Made by a program: the position numbers and the translations under genes. A stretch of 64,000 bases of DNA from an uncultured Acidobacteriota bacterium (lineage in GTDB: Bacteria > Acidobacteriota > Thermoanaerobaculia > UBA5066 > Gp7-AA6): the NCBI GenBank assembly GCA_963764715.1, contig CAVXTP010000013.1, forward strand, positions 1-64,000, written 5' to 3'. This document shows positions 46,472 through 58,901 of the stretch, piece by piece. The notes beneath the pieces are model-generated. The model worked only from the letters and a program-made list of their open reading frames with translations. It was not told the DNA's origin and made no database searches. How positions within the stretch are numbered: position 1 is the first letter of the stretch; every line of letters begins with the position of its first letter.

Positions 46472-48427
46472 CTAGCTCTTCCGCCCGCCCGTGTCGCGCA
46501 CGAAGCTCGACAGCAGCTGGTCGTTGACCTCGACCTTCTGCTCGGAGCGCATCTGCGCCAGGTACGAGCGTGTCAGGCGCTCGGCCTCGCGGGAGCGGAT
46601 CGTCTCGCGCAGCTGCTCCTTCTGCGCCTGCAGGGCGTCGCGGCTGCCCTCGGTGCGGGTCAGCACGCGGAAGAGGACGAATCCCGTCGGGACGGCGATC
46701 GGGGGCCCGGCCTGGCCCTGGGGCGTGCGGAACACGGCCGCGACCAGCTCGGGCGCCGCGCCGATCTCGGGGACGGGACCGCCGGGGCCGAACTCGGTCG
46801 TCGTCTTCACCTCGGTGCCGTAGCGGGGCGCGAGGGTCGCGAGCGTGGCGCCGGCCGAAAGCTCCTTGGCGGCGGGCTCGAGCTGGGCGAGGGCGTCCTT
46901 CTCGCGGCGCTCCGCCTTCCAGTCCTGCTCGAGGCGGGGCTTGAGCTCGGCGAAGGCCGGCAGGCCCGCGGGCCGCTCCTCGGAGGCCTTGACGAAGGCG
47001 GTGCCCCGCGCGGTCACGACCGGCGTCGCGGAGACCTTGCCGACGGACAGGCCCCAGGCCTCGTCCGCGAACTTCTGGTTGGCGCCGATGCCGGGGATCG
47101 GATCGCCCTTGGCCGCCCACTCCGTCGTGTTGAGGTTGACGAAGTCCGTCTGGAGCTTGCGCAGCTCCTCGTCGGTCGCGGAGGGCATCTTCTTGAGCTT
47201 CTCGGAGAGCTCGCGGGCGATCCGCTCGACCTCGCCGGAAGCGAGCTTCTCGGTGAGCTCGGCCATGAGCTGCGGCCGCGCCTCCTCGAGCGAGCGCGTC
47301 CGGGCCGGCGACTTCGAGTTGAACTTGATGATGTGGTAGCCGAACTGGGTCTTGATCGGGCCGCGGATCTCGCCGGGCTCCATGGCGAAGGCCTGGGCCT
47401 CGAACTCGGGCACCATCTGGCCGCGGGAGAAGGGCGGAAGCTGTCCGCCGTTCGTCTTGCCGCTCGGGTCGTCGGTGTTCTCGTTGGCGAGCTTCGCGAA
47501 ATCGGCGCCCTTGACCCTGGCCCGGGCGGCGATGTTCTCGGCCTTCGCCTTGGCGACCTCGTCGGCGCTCGGCCCGCCGTCGGGCTTGACCGCGACGAGG
47601 ATGTGCGCCACGTTGACCTGCTCGGGGACCGCGAAGGTGTCCTTCCGCTTCTCGTATTCGGCGGCGACGTCGGCGTCGCTCGGCTTCGTCTTCGCGCGGA
47701 TCTTGGCCTTGTCGACGAGGAGGTACTTGAGGCGGCGCTGGACCGGCGTGCGGTAGCGGTCCTTGTGCTTGTCGAGGTACGTCTGGAGGTCGGCGTCGGT
47801 CGGCTGGGCGGCGCTCTCGATCCGGCTCGAGGGAACGAGAACGTACTCGATCGTGGCCTTGTCGTTTTTGGCGGCGTACTCGCGGAGGATCTCGGCCTCC
47901 GGCACGACGACGGACGCCTTGACGAGCTCGCCGTACTTGGCGAGCAGCATGTCCTCGCGGACCTCGTTCTCGAACTGCTCCGGCACGAGGCGGTTGGCGC
48001 GGAGCATCTGCTCGTACTTCTCGCGGCCGATGAACTGGTTGTTCTCCTGGAAGTAAGGGAGCGTCACGATCTTCTGCGCGAGCTCCTCGTCGGAGACCGA
48101 CAGGTTCATGCGGCGGGCCGATTCGAGGCGGAGCATGCGCTCGATCATGGAGTCGAGAACGTTGCGGGGAAGGTCGAGCGCCCGCTCGAGCTCGGGAGAG
48201 AAGTTGCCCTGGTACATCTGGCGGTAGCGCTCCACCTGGGCGCGGTACTGCCGGTCGAACTCGACGGCGGTGATGCGCTCCTTGCCGACCTTCGCGACGA
48301 CCTGGTTCGAGGCGCCCGCGGGGTCCGAGCCGCCGGAGAAGAAGACGAAGCCGAGGATGAAGACCGCGATCACGGCGAAGAGCGTCCACTTGAGGTGGTG
48401 GAAGCTTTCGCGCATCGTCTTGAGCAT
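46472..48427 (-). CDS. ppiD: PpiD/SurA-like membrane-anchored parvulin chaperone
   Basis: N-terminal TM, SurA N domain, AHILV...DFAKLA...GQMVPEFE...KTQFGYHII. Confidence 0.88.
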   Translation of the reverse strand: MLKTMRESFHHLKWTLFAVIAVFILGFVFFSGGSDPAGASNQVVAKVGKERITAVEFDRQYRAQVERYRQMYQGNFSPELERALDLPRNVLDSMIERMLRLESARRMNLSVSDEELAQKIVTLPYFQENNQFIGREKYEQMLRANRLVPEQFENEVREDMLLAKYGELVKASVVVPEAEILREYAAKNDKATIEYVLVPSSRIESAAQPTDADLQTYLDKHKDRYRTPVQRRLKYLLVDKAKIRAKTKPSDADVAAEYEKRKDTFAVPEQVNVAHILVAVKPDGGPSADEVAKAKAENIAARARVKGADFAKLANENTDDPSGKTNGGQLPPFSRGQMVPEFEAQAFAMEPGEIRGPIKTQFGYHIIKFNSKSPARTRSLEEARPQLMAELTEKLASGEVERIARELSEKLKKMPSATDEELRKLQTDFVNLNTTEWAAKGDPIPGIGANQKFADEAWGLSVGKVSATPVVTARGTAFVKASEERPAGLPAFAELKPRLEQDWKAERREKDALAQLEPAAKELSAGATLATLAPRYGTEVKTTTEFGPGGPVPEIGAAPELVAAVFRTPQGQAGPPIAVPTGFVLFRVLTRTEGSRDALQAQKEQLRETIRSREAERLTRSYLAQMRSEQKVEVNDQLLSSFVRDTGGRKS

Positions 48428-48759
48428 CGAAGACCTCTTTCGACAGAAATCGAGAACGCGCGACTATATACCGTCGCGGGCGGGCGTTCGGAGTCCTGCG
48501 CCTCCGGCGCACCGCCCTGCGGCTCGCCCGGATGCGGGCTCGACCGCAGAGCTGGACCCCGCCCGCCCGCCCGCTCCCGCGGCGCGAGGCGTCCTCCGCT
48601 GCGATCGCGGAGATTCCTCGCGCCGCGAGCGGATGCCATACCCGGGCGAGTTCGAGGATGAACCGTCTGGAGTCGCTGGGCTTAGGGGAGGCGTCACTGC
48701 CGGAAATGGCGCAAATGTGTTATAAGCCAGAGGGATAAGTCTCGCAGTTTCGGGAGTTT

Positions 48760-51268
<2,509 letters not shown>

Positions 51269-51274
51269 GCGGGC

Positions 51275-51370
51275 GAGGAGGCAGGACGCAGGAGGCAGGA
51301 GGCAGGTAAGCGATGCCCGGCTCGACCCCTGCCCTCGTCCGGCCGCCTGCCGCCCGCCTCCTGCCGCCTG
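51275..51370. repeat. Heptamer-repeat hairpin element (GCAGGAG arm, CGCCTGC arm)
   Basis: GCAGGAC GCAGGAG GCAGGAG GCAGG...GCCGCCTGCCGCCCGCCTCCTGCCGCCTG between mreB and mreC. Confidence 0.8.
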
Positions 51371-51377
51371 GACAGCC

Positions 51378-52262
51378 ATGAGACTCCAGAACCCCCGCGC
51401 CGAGATCGCCGCGGTCAATCCGCGCCGGGGCGGAGCGGTGCTCGTCACGGTGCTCGTCGCGTGCGTCCTGATCCTGTCGGCGCAGGCGCCGGGGCGGGGA
51501 GGCCGCGGCACGGTCCTCCAGTCCTGGATCCTGACCCTTTCGGCCCCGCTCGCGTCGGCCGTCTCGGCCGTGTCGCAGGGGGTGTCGGGAGGCGTCCGGT
51601 CGGCGGGCGAGCTCTTCACCGCGCGGACCGAGAACGAGAGGCTCCGCCGGGATCTCGAGGCCCGGGACCGGGAGCTCTTCCGCCTGCGCGCGGAGGCGCG
51701 GCAGTCCGCGGAGGACCGGCGGCTCGTCAGCCAGGGCTCCGCCCTGCCGGGGATCATCGGCAGCGTCCCGATCCTGCTGCTCGAGCGGCGCTCCGGCCTG
51801 TACAGCGCGCTCGTCGGCGCCGGGTCGGCCGACGGCGCCGTCGCCGGGTCGCCGCTCGCGGTTCCGGCGGGCCTCGTCGGGCGCGTCGTGGTCGTCGGGC
51901 ACTCGGTGTCGCGGGCGCAGCTGCTCCTCGACGCCTCGGCGGCGGCGGGAGCGCGGATCGCGCGGACCGGCGAGCTCGGAGTCGTGCGGGGCGACGGCCG
52001 GGGCGCGATGATGCTGAACAACATCGCGACGACGTCCTCGGTCGCCCGGGGCGATCTCGTCGAGTCGGCCGGCATCGACGGCATCTACCCGCGCGGCGTC
52101 CCGATCGGCGTCGTCTCGTCGGTCGAGCGCGGCAGCAAGATGTTTTTGCAGGTCCGCGTCGAGCCGAGCGCGGACTTCGCGCGCCTGACGGACGTGCTGC
52201 TGCTCGCGCCGTCGCCCGCGATCCGCGAGAACCCGGAGGTCGGGAAGGGTGCCGCGCGGTGA
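51378..52262 (+). CDS. mreC: Rod shape-determining protein MreC
   Basis: TM, ENERLR coiled-coil, GLVGRV, GIYPRGVPIG; operon position. Confidence 0.92.
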   Translation: MRLQNPRAEIAAVNPRRGGAVLVTVLVACVLILSAQAPGRGGRGTVLQSWILTLSAPLASAVSAVSQGVSGGVRSAGELFTARTENERLRRDLEARDRELFRLRAEARQSAEDRRLVSQGSALPGIIGSVPILLLERRSGLYSALVGAGSADGAVAGSPLAVPAGLVGRVVVVGHSVSRAQLLLDASAAAGARIARTGELGVVRGDGRGAMMLNNIATTSSVARGDLVESAGIDGIYPRGVPIGVVSSVERGSKMFLQVRVEPSADFARLTDVLLLAPSPAIRENPEVGKGAAR

Positions 52263-52756
52263 AGGCGTCCCGGATCGCGCTGCTGCTCGCGGCGGCCGCG
52301 GTCCTCGAGCTCTTCACGGGGGGCTCGAGGTCCATGCTGCCGGTCGACTGGTTCCTGCTCGCGACCGCGATGGTCGCCCGGAGCGGCGACTTCGTCCGCG
52401 CCGTCCTCGCGGGGGCGTGCGCGGGCTTCGCCGAGGACGCGATCTCGCAGCCGCTGCTCGGGATGAACGCCTTCGCCAAGGCGATCCTGGGGTACGCCCT
52501 GACGCTCGTCTCGGTGCGCGTCGTCTTCGGCGGAGCGCTGGCCATGGGCGCGGCGCTCGCCGTGGCCTCGCTCGCCAACGAGGCGATCGTCGCGCTCCTG
52601 TCGGCGCTCCTGGCGCAGGCGCCGATCGTCATCGTGTCCCGCGAGGCCTTCGTTCGCGCGGCGGCGACGGGTGTCGCGGGCGGCGCCCTCGAAGCGGCAT
52701 GGAACTTCCCGTGGCGCGACTGGTGGAAGCGGCGGCAGCTCCGGAGGCTGCGATGA
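52259..52756 (+). CDS. mreD: Rod shape-determining protein MreD
   Basis: Hydrophobic, GFAEDAI...LGMNAFAK; GTGA overlap with mreC. Confidence 0.85.
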   Translation: MKASRIALLLAAAAVLELFTGGSRSMLPVDWFLLATAMVARSGDFVRAVLAGACAGFAEDAISQPLLGMNAFAKAILGYALTLVSVRVVFGGALAMGAALAVASLANEAIVALLSALLAQAPIVIVSREAFVRAAATGVAGGALEAAWNFPWRDWWKRRQLRRLR

Positions 52757-52759
52757 GGT

Positions 52760-52847
52760 CAGGCGGCAGGCGGCAGGCGGCAGGCGGCAGGCGGATGTCG
52801 GCGCCGGTTCCCTCCTGCCTCCCGCATCCTGCCTCCTGCCTCCTGCG
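52760..52847. repeat. Heptamer-repeat hairpin element (GCAGGCG arm, CTCCTGC arm)
   Basis: CAGGCG (GCAGGCG)x4...CCTCCTGCCTCCCGCATCCTGCCTCCTGCCTCCTGC between mreD and mrdA. Confidence 0.85.
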
Positions 52848-52856
52848 GAATCCATC

Positions 52857-54746
52857 ATGCTGAAGATCCGCGAGGACCGCCAGGCCCTCGTCCGCCGCGT
52901 CGAGATCTCGCGCGTGGCGGTGGGCGCAGCGCTCTCGGCGCTGGCGATCGCGTACTGGTTCGTCCAGATCGTCCGGGGCGATTACTACTTCTCCCTCTCC
53001 GAGAACAACCGCATCCGGGCCGTCAAGATCACCGCGCCGCGGGGCTACGTCCTCGACCGCAACGGCGCGGCCCTCGTCGAGAACGAGCCGGCCTACACCC
53101 TCCACCTCTACCGACGCGAGGCCCGGGACCTCGCGGCCTCGATCGACTTCGCGGTCGAGCTCCTGGGGCTCCCGCGCGAGGAGGTCGCGTCCCGCGTCGA
53201 GCGCGGTCGGCGGGCGCCCGAGTTCGTCCCGATCCCGATCGCCGAGAACCTCGGCATCGAGGAGGTGGCCGCGGTCGAGGCGAGGGCGATCGAGCACCCC
53301 GAGTTCGCCATCACCGTCTCGCAGCGCCGGCTCTACAAGCACGGCGACGCGGCCGCGCACGCCCTGGGATACCTGGCCGAGGCCACGCCCGAGCAGATCA
53401 AGGCGGCCGCGGGCGTCTACCAGGTCGGCGACTGGATCGGGCAGAAGGGGGTCGAGAGCGCATACCAGCGTCTGCTCGCCGGGGCCAACGGCGAGCGGCG
53501 CGTCATCGTCGACTCTCACGGCCGGGAGGTTTCGGAGGCGAACCGGCTCGAGGCGACGCCCGGACAGAACCTGTTCCTCACGCTCGACCTCAAGCTCCAG
53601 GAGGTCGCCGAGGCGTACTTCCGCGACCGGGTCGGCACCGTCGTCGCGATGGACCCCCGGACCGGCGAGATCCTCGCGCTCGTGTCCTCGCCGTCCTACG
53701 ACCCCAACTGGTTCACCCGCCGCGTGACCTCGGCGGAGTGGACGGGTCTCCTCGAGAACCCGGACCGCCCGCTGCAGAACCGGACGATCCAGAACATGTA
53801 CTCGCCGGGGTCGGTCTTCAAGGTGTTCCTCGCCTACGGGGCGCTCGCGCTGAACCTCGTGGATCCCGAGGCGAAGATCTTCTGCCCGGGCCACGCCGTC
53901 TTCTATGGGCGCGAGTTCCACTGCCACAAGAAGGGCGGCCACGGCTGGGTCAACCTGCGCGACGCGATCAAGGTGTCCTGCGACGTCTACTTCTACAACC
54001 TCGGACGCCGCCTCGAGATCGACCGCATCAGCGAGATCGCCACGTCGTTCGGGTTCGGGCAGCCGACCGGCATCGATCTTTCGTTCGAGAAGTCCGGCCT
54101 CGTGCCGTCCGAGGAGTGGGCGAAGAACCGGCGCGGCGCCCGCTGGTACCCGAGCGAGACGATCTCGGTCTCGATCGGCCAGGGCCCGCTGCTCGTGACC
54201 TCGATGCAGGTCGCGCGGGCGCTCTCGGGCATCGTCGAGGACGGACGCCTCCCGACGCCGCACCTCTTCTACTCCTCGCAGGACCCGCGGACGGGCGAAC
54301 AGCTGCGCTACAAGGCCGAGTTCCGCGACGTGATGCACCTGCCGAAGGAGAAGCTCGACATCGTCAAGAACGGAATGTGGGCGGTGGTCAACGAGCCGGG
54401 CGGCACGGCCTACGGCTCGCGGGCGAACGGCCTCGAGATGGGCGGCAAGACGGGCACGGTGCAGGTCGTCGGCCGGGAGTCGACGATCCGGGCGGGCGCG
54501 GACCGGTCCCGGCTCCAGGACCACGCCTGGTTCGCGGGGTTCGGGCCGGTCGACGATCCGCAGATGGTCGTCGTGGTGTTCGTCGAGCACGGCGGCCACG
54601 GCAATCTCGCCGCGGCGCCGCTGGCGAAGGCGCTCTTCGAGGCGCGCTTCGGGACGGCGCCCGCGCCCCCGGCGCCCTCTCTCCGGGCGGCGTCGCCGGC
54701 CCCGGGCGCGGGCGTCGCGCCGGTCGGCCTCAAGGAGAAGCCGTGA
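52857..54746 (+). CDS. mrdA: Penicillin-binding protein 2
   Basis: APRGYVLDRNG, PGSVFK (SxxK), SCD, KTGT, DHAWF. Confidence 0.95.
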   Translation: MLKIREDRQALVRRVEISRVAVGAALSALAIAYWFVQIVRGDYYFSLSENNRIRAVKITAPRGYVLDRNGAALVENEPAYTLHLYRREARDLAASIDFAVELLGLPREEVASRVERGRRAPEFVPIPIAENLGIEEVAAVEARAIEHPEFAITVSQRRLYKHGDAAAHALGYLAEATPEQIKAAAGVYQVGDWIGQKGVESAYQRLLAGANGERRVIVDSHGREVSEANRLEATPGQNLFLTLDLKLQEVAEAYFRDRVGTVVAMDPRTGEILALVSSPSYDPNWFTRRVTSAEWTGLLENPDRPLQNRTIQNMYSPGSVFKVFLAYGALALNLVDPEAKIFCPGHAVFYGREFHCHKKGGHGWVNLRDAIKVSCDVYFYNLGRRLEIDRISEIATSFGFGQPTGIDLSFEKSGLVPSEEWAKNRRGARWYPSETISVSIGQGPLLVTSMQVARALSGIVEDGRLPTPHLFYSSQDPRTGEQLRYKAEFRDVMHLPKEKLDIVKNGMWAVVNEPGGTAYGSRANGLEMGGKTGTVQVVGRESTIRAGADRSRLQDHAWFAGFGPVDDPQMVVVVFVEHGGHGNLAAAPLAKALFEARFGTAPAPPAPSLRAASPAPGAGVAPVGLKEKP

Positions 54747-55840
54747 TCTCGCGGGTGCTTCCGGGCTCGCGCCGGATCGACCTCGTGGTGCTGGGCTGCG
54801 CGGTGGCGCTCGCCGCGCTCGGCGTGCTCTTCATCGCCTCCGCCACGACCGGAACGAAGTACGAAGGCCTCGCCGTCAAGCAGGCGATCCTGATCGGCGT
54901 GGGGCTCGCCGCCATGACGGTCACGATCTTCTTCGACTACCGGATGCTCCTGAAGTTCTCCTTCGCCATCTACTGCGCGTGCCTGCTGCCGCTCGTGTAC
55001 CTCCTGGTCTTCGGCGAGAGCATCGCCAACGTGCGGTCCTGGATCCGCATCGGCCAGTTCCAGTTCCAGCCGGCCGAGCTCTCGAAGGTCGCGACCGCCC
55101 TCCTCGTCGCGTACCTCTTCGAGAACGAGGACGACGCGCGGCTCCACGCCGGGACCCTCTTCAAGCTCGGGGCGATCGTGGGGCTGCCGATCCTTCTGGT
55201 CTTCCTGCAGCCCGACATGGGCCTGGCCATCACGTTCTTGCCGCTCATCTTCGTCGGGCTGTACTTCGGCGGGCTGCCGGCGCGGGGCTGGATCGCGATC
55301 GCCCTGATCGTCGCCGTGGTGCTCGGCATCGGCTGGTTCCTGCTGAAGGACTACCAGAAGGCGCGCATCGGGACGTTCCTCAATCCCGACACCGACCTGC
55401 TCGGCTCGGGCTACCAGGTGCGCCAGTCGAAGATCGCCGTCGGGTCGGGCGGCTTTTCGGGCAAGGGCTTCCGCAGCGGCACGCAGAGCCAGCTCCGATT
55501 CCTGCCCGTGCAGCACACCGACTTCATTCTCGCCGTCATCGCCGAGGAGTGGGGGTTCCTCGGCGTCATCCTGGTCCTCGGCCTCTTCGCCGCTCTCTTC
55601 CTGCGGGCCATGAAGCTCGCCCAGGCCGCGCGCGACCGGGGAGGAGTGTTTCTGGTCCTGGGCCTGACGGGGATGATGTTCTTCTCGGTCGTCATCAACG
55701 CGTCGATGATGATCGGGCTCGCCCCGACGACGGGCATCCCGCTGCCGCTGGTGTCCTACGGCGGGTCGTCGGTCGCGACGACCTTCCTCGCCATCGGCCT
55801 GATCCTGGGCGTCGAATACCGCCGGTTCGCCAACGCGTGA
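54743..55840 (+). CDS. rodA: Rod shape-determining protein RodA (SEDS)
   Basis: FQPAELSK, QPDMG, QHTDFI, GIPLPLVSYGGSS. Confidence 0.95.
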   Translation: MISRVLPGSRRIDLVVLGCAVALAALGVLFIASATTGTKYEGLAVKQAILIGVGLAAMTVTIFFDYRMLLKFSFAIYCACLLPLVYLLVFGESIANVRSWIRIGQFQFQPAELSKVATALLVAYLFENEDDARLHAGTLFKLGAIVGLPILLVFLQPDMGLAITFLPLIFVGLYFGGLPARGWIAIALIVAVVLGIGWFLLKDYQKARIGTFLNPDTDLLGSGYQVRQSKIAVGSGGFSGKGFRSGTQSQLRFLPVQHTDFILAVIAEEWGFLGVILVLGLFAALFLRAMKLAQAARDRGGVFLVLGLTGMMFFSVVINASMMIGLAPTTGIPLPLVSYGGSSVATTFLAIGLILGVEYRRFANA

Positions 55841-57333
55841 GGAAAGAGCTCCTCGTCAACGCGACGCCTCCCGAGACGCGCGTCGCCCTCACCGAGGACG
55901 GCCGCGTCGTCGAAGTCGTGCACGAGCGCCGCGGCCGCCAGAGCCTCGTCGGCAACGTGTACCTGGGCCGCGTCCACCGCGTGCTGCCCGGCATGCAGGC
56001 AGCCTTCGTGTCGATCGGCCTCGAGCGCGACGCGTTCCTGTACGTCGAGGACGCCGCGCCCCCGGAGACGATCGAGTTCGGCGACGAGGAGGCGGAGGCC
56101 GCGGCGAGAGAGCCCGAGGAGCGGTCCGAGCGGCCCCGCATCGACGATCTCGTCAAGGAAGGCCAGGAGATCGTCGTCCAGGTGTCGAAGGACGCGGTGG
56201 CGTCGAAGGGGCCCCGCGTGTCGACGGCGATCTCGCTCGCCGGACGCACCCTCGTCTATCTCCCGTCGGCGCGCGAGTCCGGCGTGTCGCGGCGGGTCAC
56301 CGACCCCTCCGAGCGCGAGCGCCTGCGCGGGCTGCTCGAGGCCCTTCCCGGCCCCGGAGGCTTCATCGCCCGCACGGCCGCCCTCGGGAAGTCGGCCGAG
56401 GAGCTCGCCGCGGACCACCGCTACCTGACGGACCTGGCGGCGCGGATCGCCCGGCGGCAGGAGAGCGCGTCGCCGCCGGCGCTCCTGCACCGGGAGCTCG
56501 ATCTCTCCCTCCGCAGCGTCCGCGACCTGCTGCCGGACGACTGCGACGCGATTCGGGTGGACGACGAGGCCGCGTACGCCCGGATGAAGGAGCTCCTCGA
56601 CGCGGTCGCCCCGAGGCTCGCGCGGCGGCTCGAGCTCCACGCCGGCCCCGAGCCGCTCTTCGAGCGCTTCGGCGTGGAGGCGGAAATCGAGAACGCGCTC
56701 CAGAGCCGCGTCGCGCTTCCCTCGGGCGGCTCGATCGTCCTCCACCAGACCGAGGCGCTCGTCGCGATCGACGTCAACACGGGCCGCTTCGTCGGCAAGG
56801 ATGGTCTCGAGGAGACGGTCTTCGCCCTGAACCTGGAGGCCGCTCCCGAAGTCGCCCGCCAGATCCGGCTGCGCGACCTCGGCGGCCTGATCGTGGTCGA
56901 CTTCATCGACATGGAGGACGCCGCCCACCGCGAGGCGCTGTTCGAGCGCTTCCAGGAGGAGATGGCGCGCGACCGGGCGCGCACGCGGCTGCTTCCGGTC
57001 TCGGAGTTCGGCTTGATCGAGATCACGCGCCAGCGCTCCCGCGGCAACCTCGAGCGGGTTCTGACCCGCGCCTGCCCGGCCTGTTCCGGGAGCGGACGGG
57101 TCAAGACCGACATGACCGTGGCGCTCGACCTGCGCCGGCGGCTTCTCGCATCCGCCGCGGTCTTTTCGGCGGGCGAGACCGTTCGCGTCCGCGTGCGTCC
57201 GGGCGTGGCGCGCCTGCTCGCCGATGAAGACCCGAGAATTCTGGCCGAGACGGAAGGGGTGCTGGGGATCCGGGTCGAGCTGACCGCGGACGAGGCCCTG
57301 GAGTCCGAGGGGTTCGAAATCAACCGGGGCTAG
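55837..57333 (+). CDS. rng: Ribonuclease G (Rne/Rng family)
   Basis: GNVYLGRVHRVLPGMQAAFV, IDVNTG, GGLIVVDFIDM, CPACSGSG. Confidence 0.93.
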   Translation: MRKELLVNATPPETRVALTEDGRVVEVVHERRGRQSLVGNVYLGRVHRVLPGMQAAFVSIGLERDAFLYVEDAAPPETIEFGDEEAEAAAREPEERSERPRIDDLVKEGQEIVVQVSKDAVASKGPRVSTAISLAGRTLVYLPSARESGVSRRVTDPSERERLRGLLEALPGPGGFIARTAALGKSAEELAADHRYLTDLAARIARRQESASPPALLHRELDLSLRSVRDLLPDDCDAIRVDDEAAYARMKELLDAVAPRLARRLELHAGPEPLFERFGVEAEIENALQSRVALPSGGSIVLHQTEALVAIDVNTGRFVGKDGLEETVFALNLEAAPEVARQIRLRDLGGLIVVDFIDMEDAAHREALFERFQEEMARDRARTRLLPVSEFGLIEITRQRSRGNLERVLTRACPACSGSGRVKTDMTVALDLRRRLLASAAVFSAGETVRVRVRPGVARLLADEDPRILAETEGVLGIRVELTADEALESEGFEINRG

Positions 57334-57420
57334 AAGTCGCTTTCGATCAATAATTTACCCGATCGAAATAATCCCGGAGGACCCCCTGTTGCATGGGGCA
57401 GCACGCGATACCTTCCTTCC

Positions 57421-57455
57421 CGGCCCTGACCTTTGAGTCGGGGCCGCCTTTTTTT
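57421..57455 (+). terminator. Rho-independent terminator
   Basis: CGGCCCTGAC-ctttga-GTCGGGGCCG followed by CCTTTTTTT. Confidence 0.75.
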
Positions 57456-57460
57456 GGGGC

Positions 57461-58879
57461 TCATTTCCGGATCGCCGCGAACATCTCGAGGGCCACGGCC
57501 TTCTCGCGGGCGTGGTCGAGGATCGGGGCGGGGTAGTCGACGCCGATCCGGCAGCCCGCGGCGGCCTGCTCGGAGGCGCTCATCGTCCAGGGCTCGTGGA
57601 TCCTGGCGTCGGGCACCCGGGCGAGCTCCGGCACGAAGCGCCGGATGTAGCGTCCCTCGGGATCGAACTTCCGGGACTGCAGCACGGGGTTGAAGATCCG
57701 GAAGTAGGGGGCGGCGTCCGTTCCGCTCCCCGCGGCCCACTGCCAGCCCCCGTTGTTGTTGGCGAGGTCCGCGTCGGCGAGCTGGCGCTCGAACCATTTC
57801 TCCCCGCGCCTCCAGTGGACGTGGAGGTCCTTGGTCAGAAACGACGCCGCGACCATGCGGGCGCGATTGTGCATCCAGTGCGTCGTCGAGAGCTCGCGCA
57901 TCCCGGCGTCGACGAACGGGTAGCCCGTCTCCCCGCGGGTCCACGCCTCGAGGCCGGCGGCGTTCTCCTTCCAGGGCATCCGGTCGAACTCGGCCCGGAA
58001 GCTTTCCCCGGCCACGCGCGGAAAGTGGAAGAGAACGTGATGGTAGAACTCGCGCCACGCGAGCTCGCCGACGAACTTGCGGATGCTGTCGCGGCCGGCC
58101 GGGGTCGCCTCGCGCCAGGCCTCCTCCGCCGCGGCCCGGACGGCGCGGGGGGAGATGGTCCCGAAGTGAAAGTGCGGCGAAAGCCGCGAGGTGCCCTCGC
58201 GGTCGGGACGGTCCCGGTCCACCGCGTAGGCTGCGGCCGGGCCCGCGAAGAAGCGCGCGACGAGCTCGGACGCCTCGGCCTCGCCGCCCCTCGGTCCGCG
58301 CGCGTCCGGGAGCAGGTCGCGCCACGCGCGCACCTTCGGGATGGGCACGCTCGCGACCTCCGGCGTGTCGAGCGAGGCGGGCGAAGGCACCGGGTCTCGC
58401 TTCTCGGCCGCCGTCCACTTGCGCGCAAACGGCGTGTACACCGTGTAAGGGTCTCCCGCGTCCGACGCGATGACGTCGGGCTCGACGAGGAGCGCGTCGG
58501 GAAAGAGCCGGAGGCGTCCTCCCGCGGCTTCGATGGCGGCGGCGGCCGCGGCGTCGCGCCGCTCGGCATACGGACCGATCTCGACGTTGGCGTAGACGGC
58601 CGAGGCGCCGGTCTCCCTCAGGAGCTCGGGCAGCGCCCGGTCGGCCGGGCCGCGGCGCAGCACGAGCCGGCCGGAAAGACGGGCGAGCGACGCCGACAGC
58701 GATTCGAGGCTTTCGCGGAGAAAGCGAAAGCGGTCCGGGCCGACGTCGGGGTCGCCCGCGTAGCGGTCGTCGAGGACGAAGACCGGGACGACGCGGTCGC
58801 CGTCGCGCGCGGCGCTCGAGAGCGCGGTGTTGTCCGCGGCCCGCAGGTCGCGCCGGAACCAGTGGATCAGCGTCGGCAC
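57461..58879 (-). CDS. phrB: Class I CPD DNA photolyase
   Basis: HWFRRDLR, TSRLSPHFHFG, LAWREFY, HNRARM, NNGGWQW, RIFNP; GTG start. Confidence 0.93.
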   Translation of the reverse strand: MPTLIHWFRRDLRAADNTALSSAARDGDRVVPVFVLDDRYAGDPDVGPDRFRFLRESLESLSASLARLSGRLVLRRGPADRALPELLRETGASAVYANVEIGPYAERRDAAAAAAIEAAGGRLRLFPDALLVEPDVIASDAGDPYTVYTPFARKWTAAEKRDPVPSPASLDTPEVASVPIPKVRAWRDLLPDARGPRGGEAEASELVARFFAGPAAAYAVDRDRPDREGTSRLSPHFHFGTISPRAVRAAAEEAWREATPAGRDSIRKFVGELAWREFYHHVLFHFPRVAGESFRAEFDRMPWKENAAGLEAWTRGETGYPFVDAGMRELSTTHWMHNRARMVAASFLTKDLHVHWRRGEKWFERQLADADLANNNGGWQWAAGSGTDAAPYFRIFNPVLQSRKFDPEGRYIRRFVPELARVPDARIHEPWTMSASEQAAAGCRIGVDYPAPILDHAREKAVALEMFAAIRK

Positions 58880-58901
58880 AAGCCGGGCCTCCGTCCGTCC
58901 G

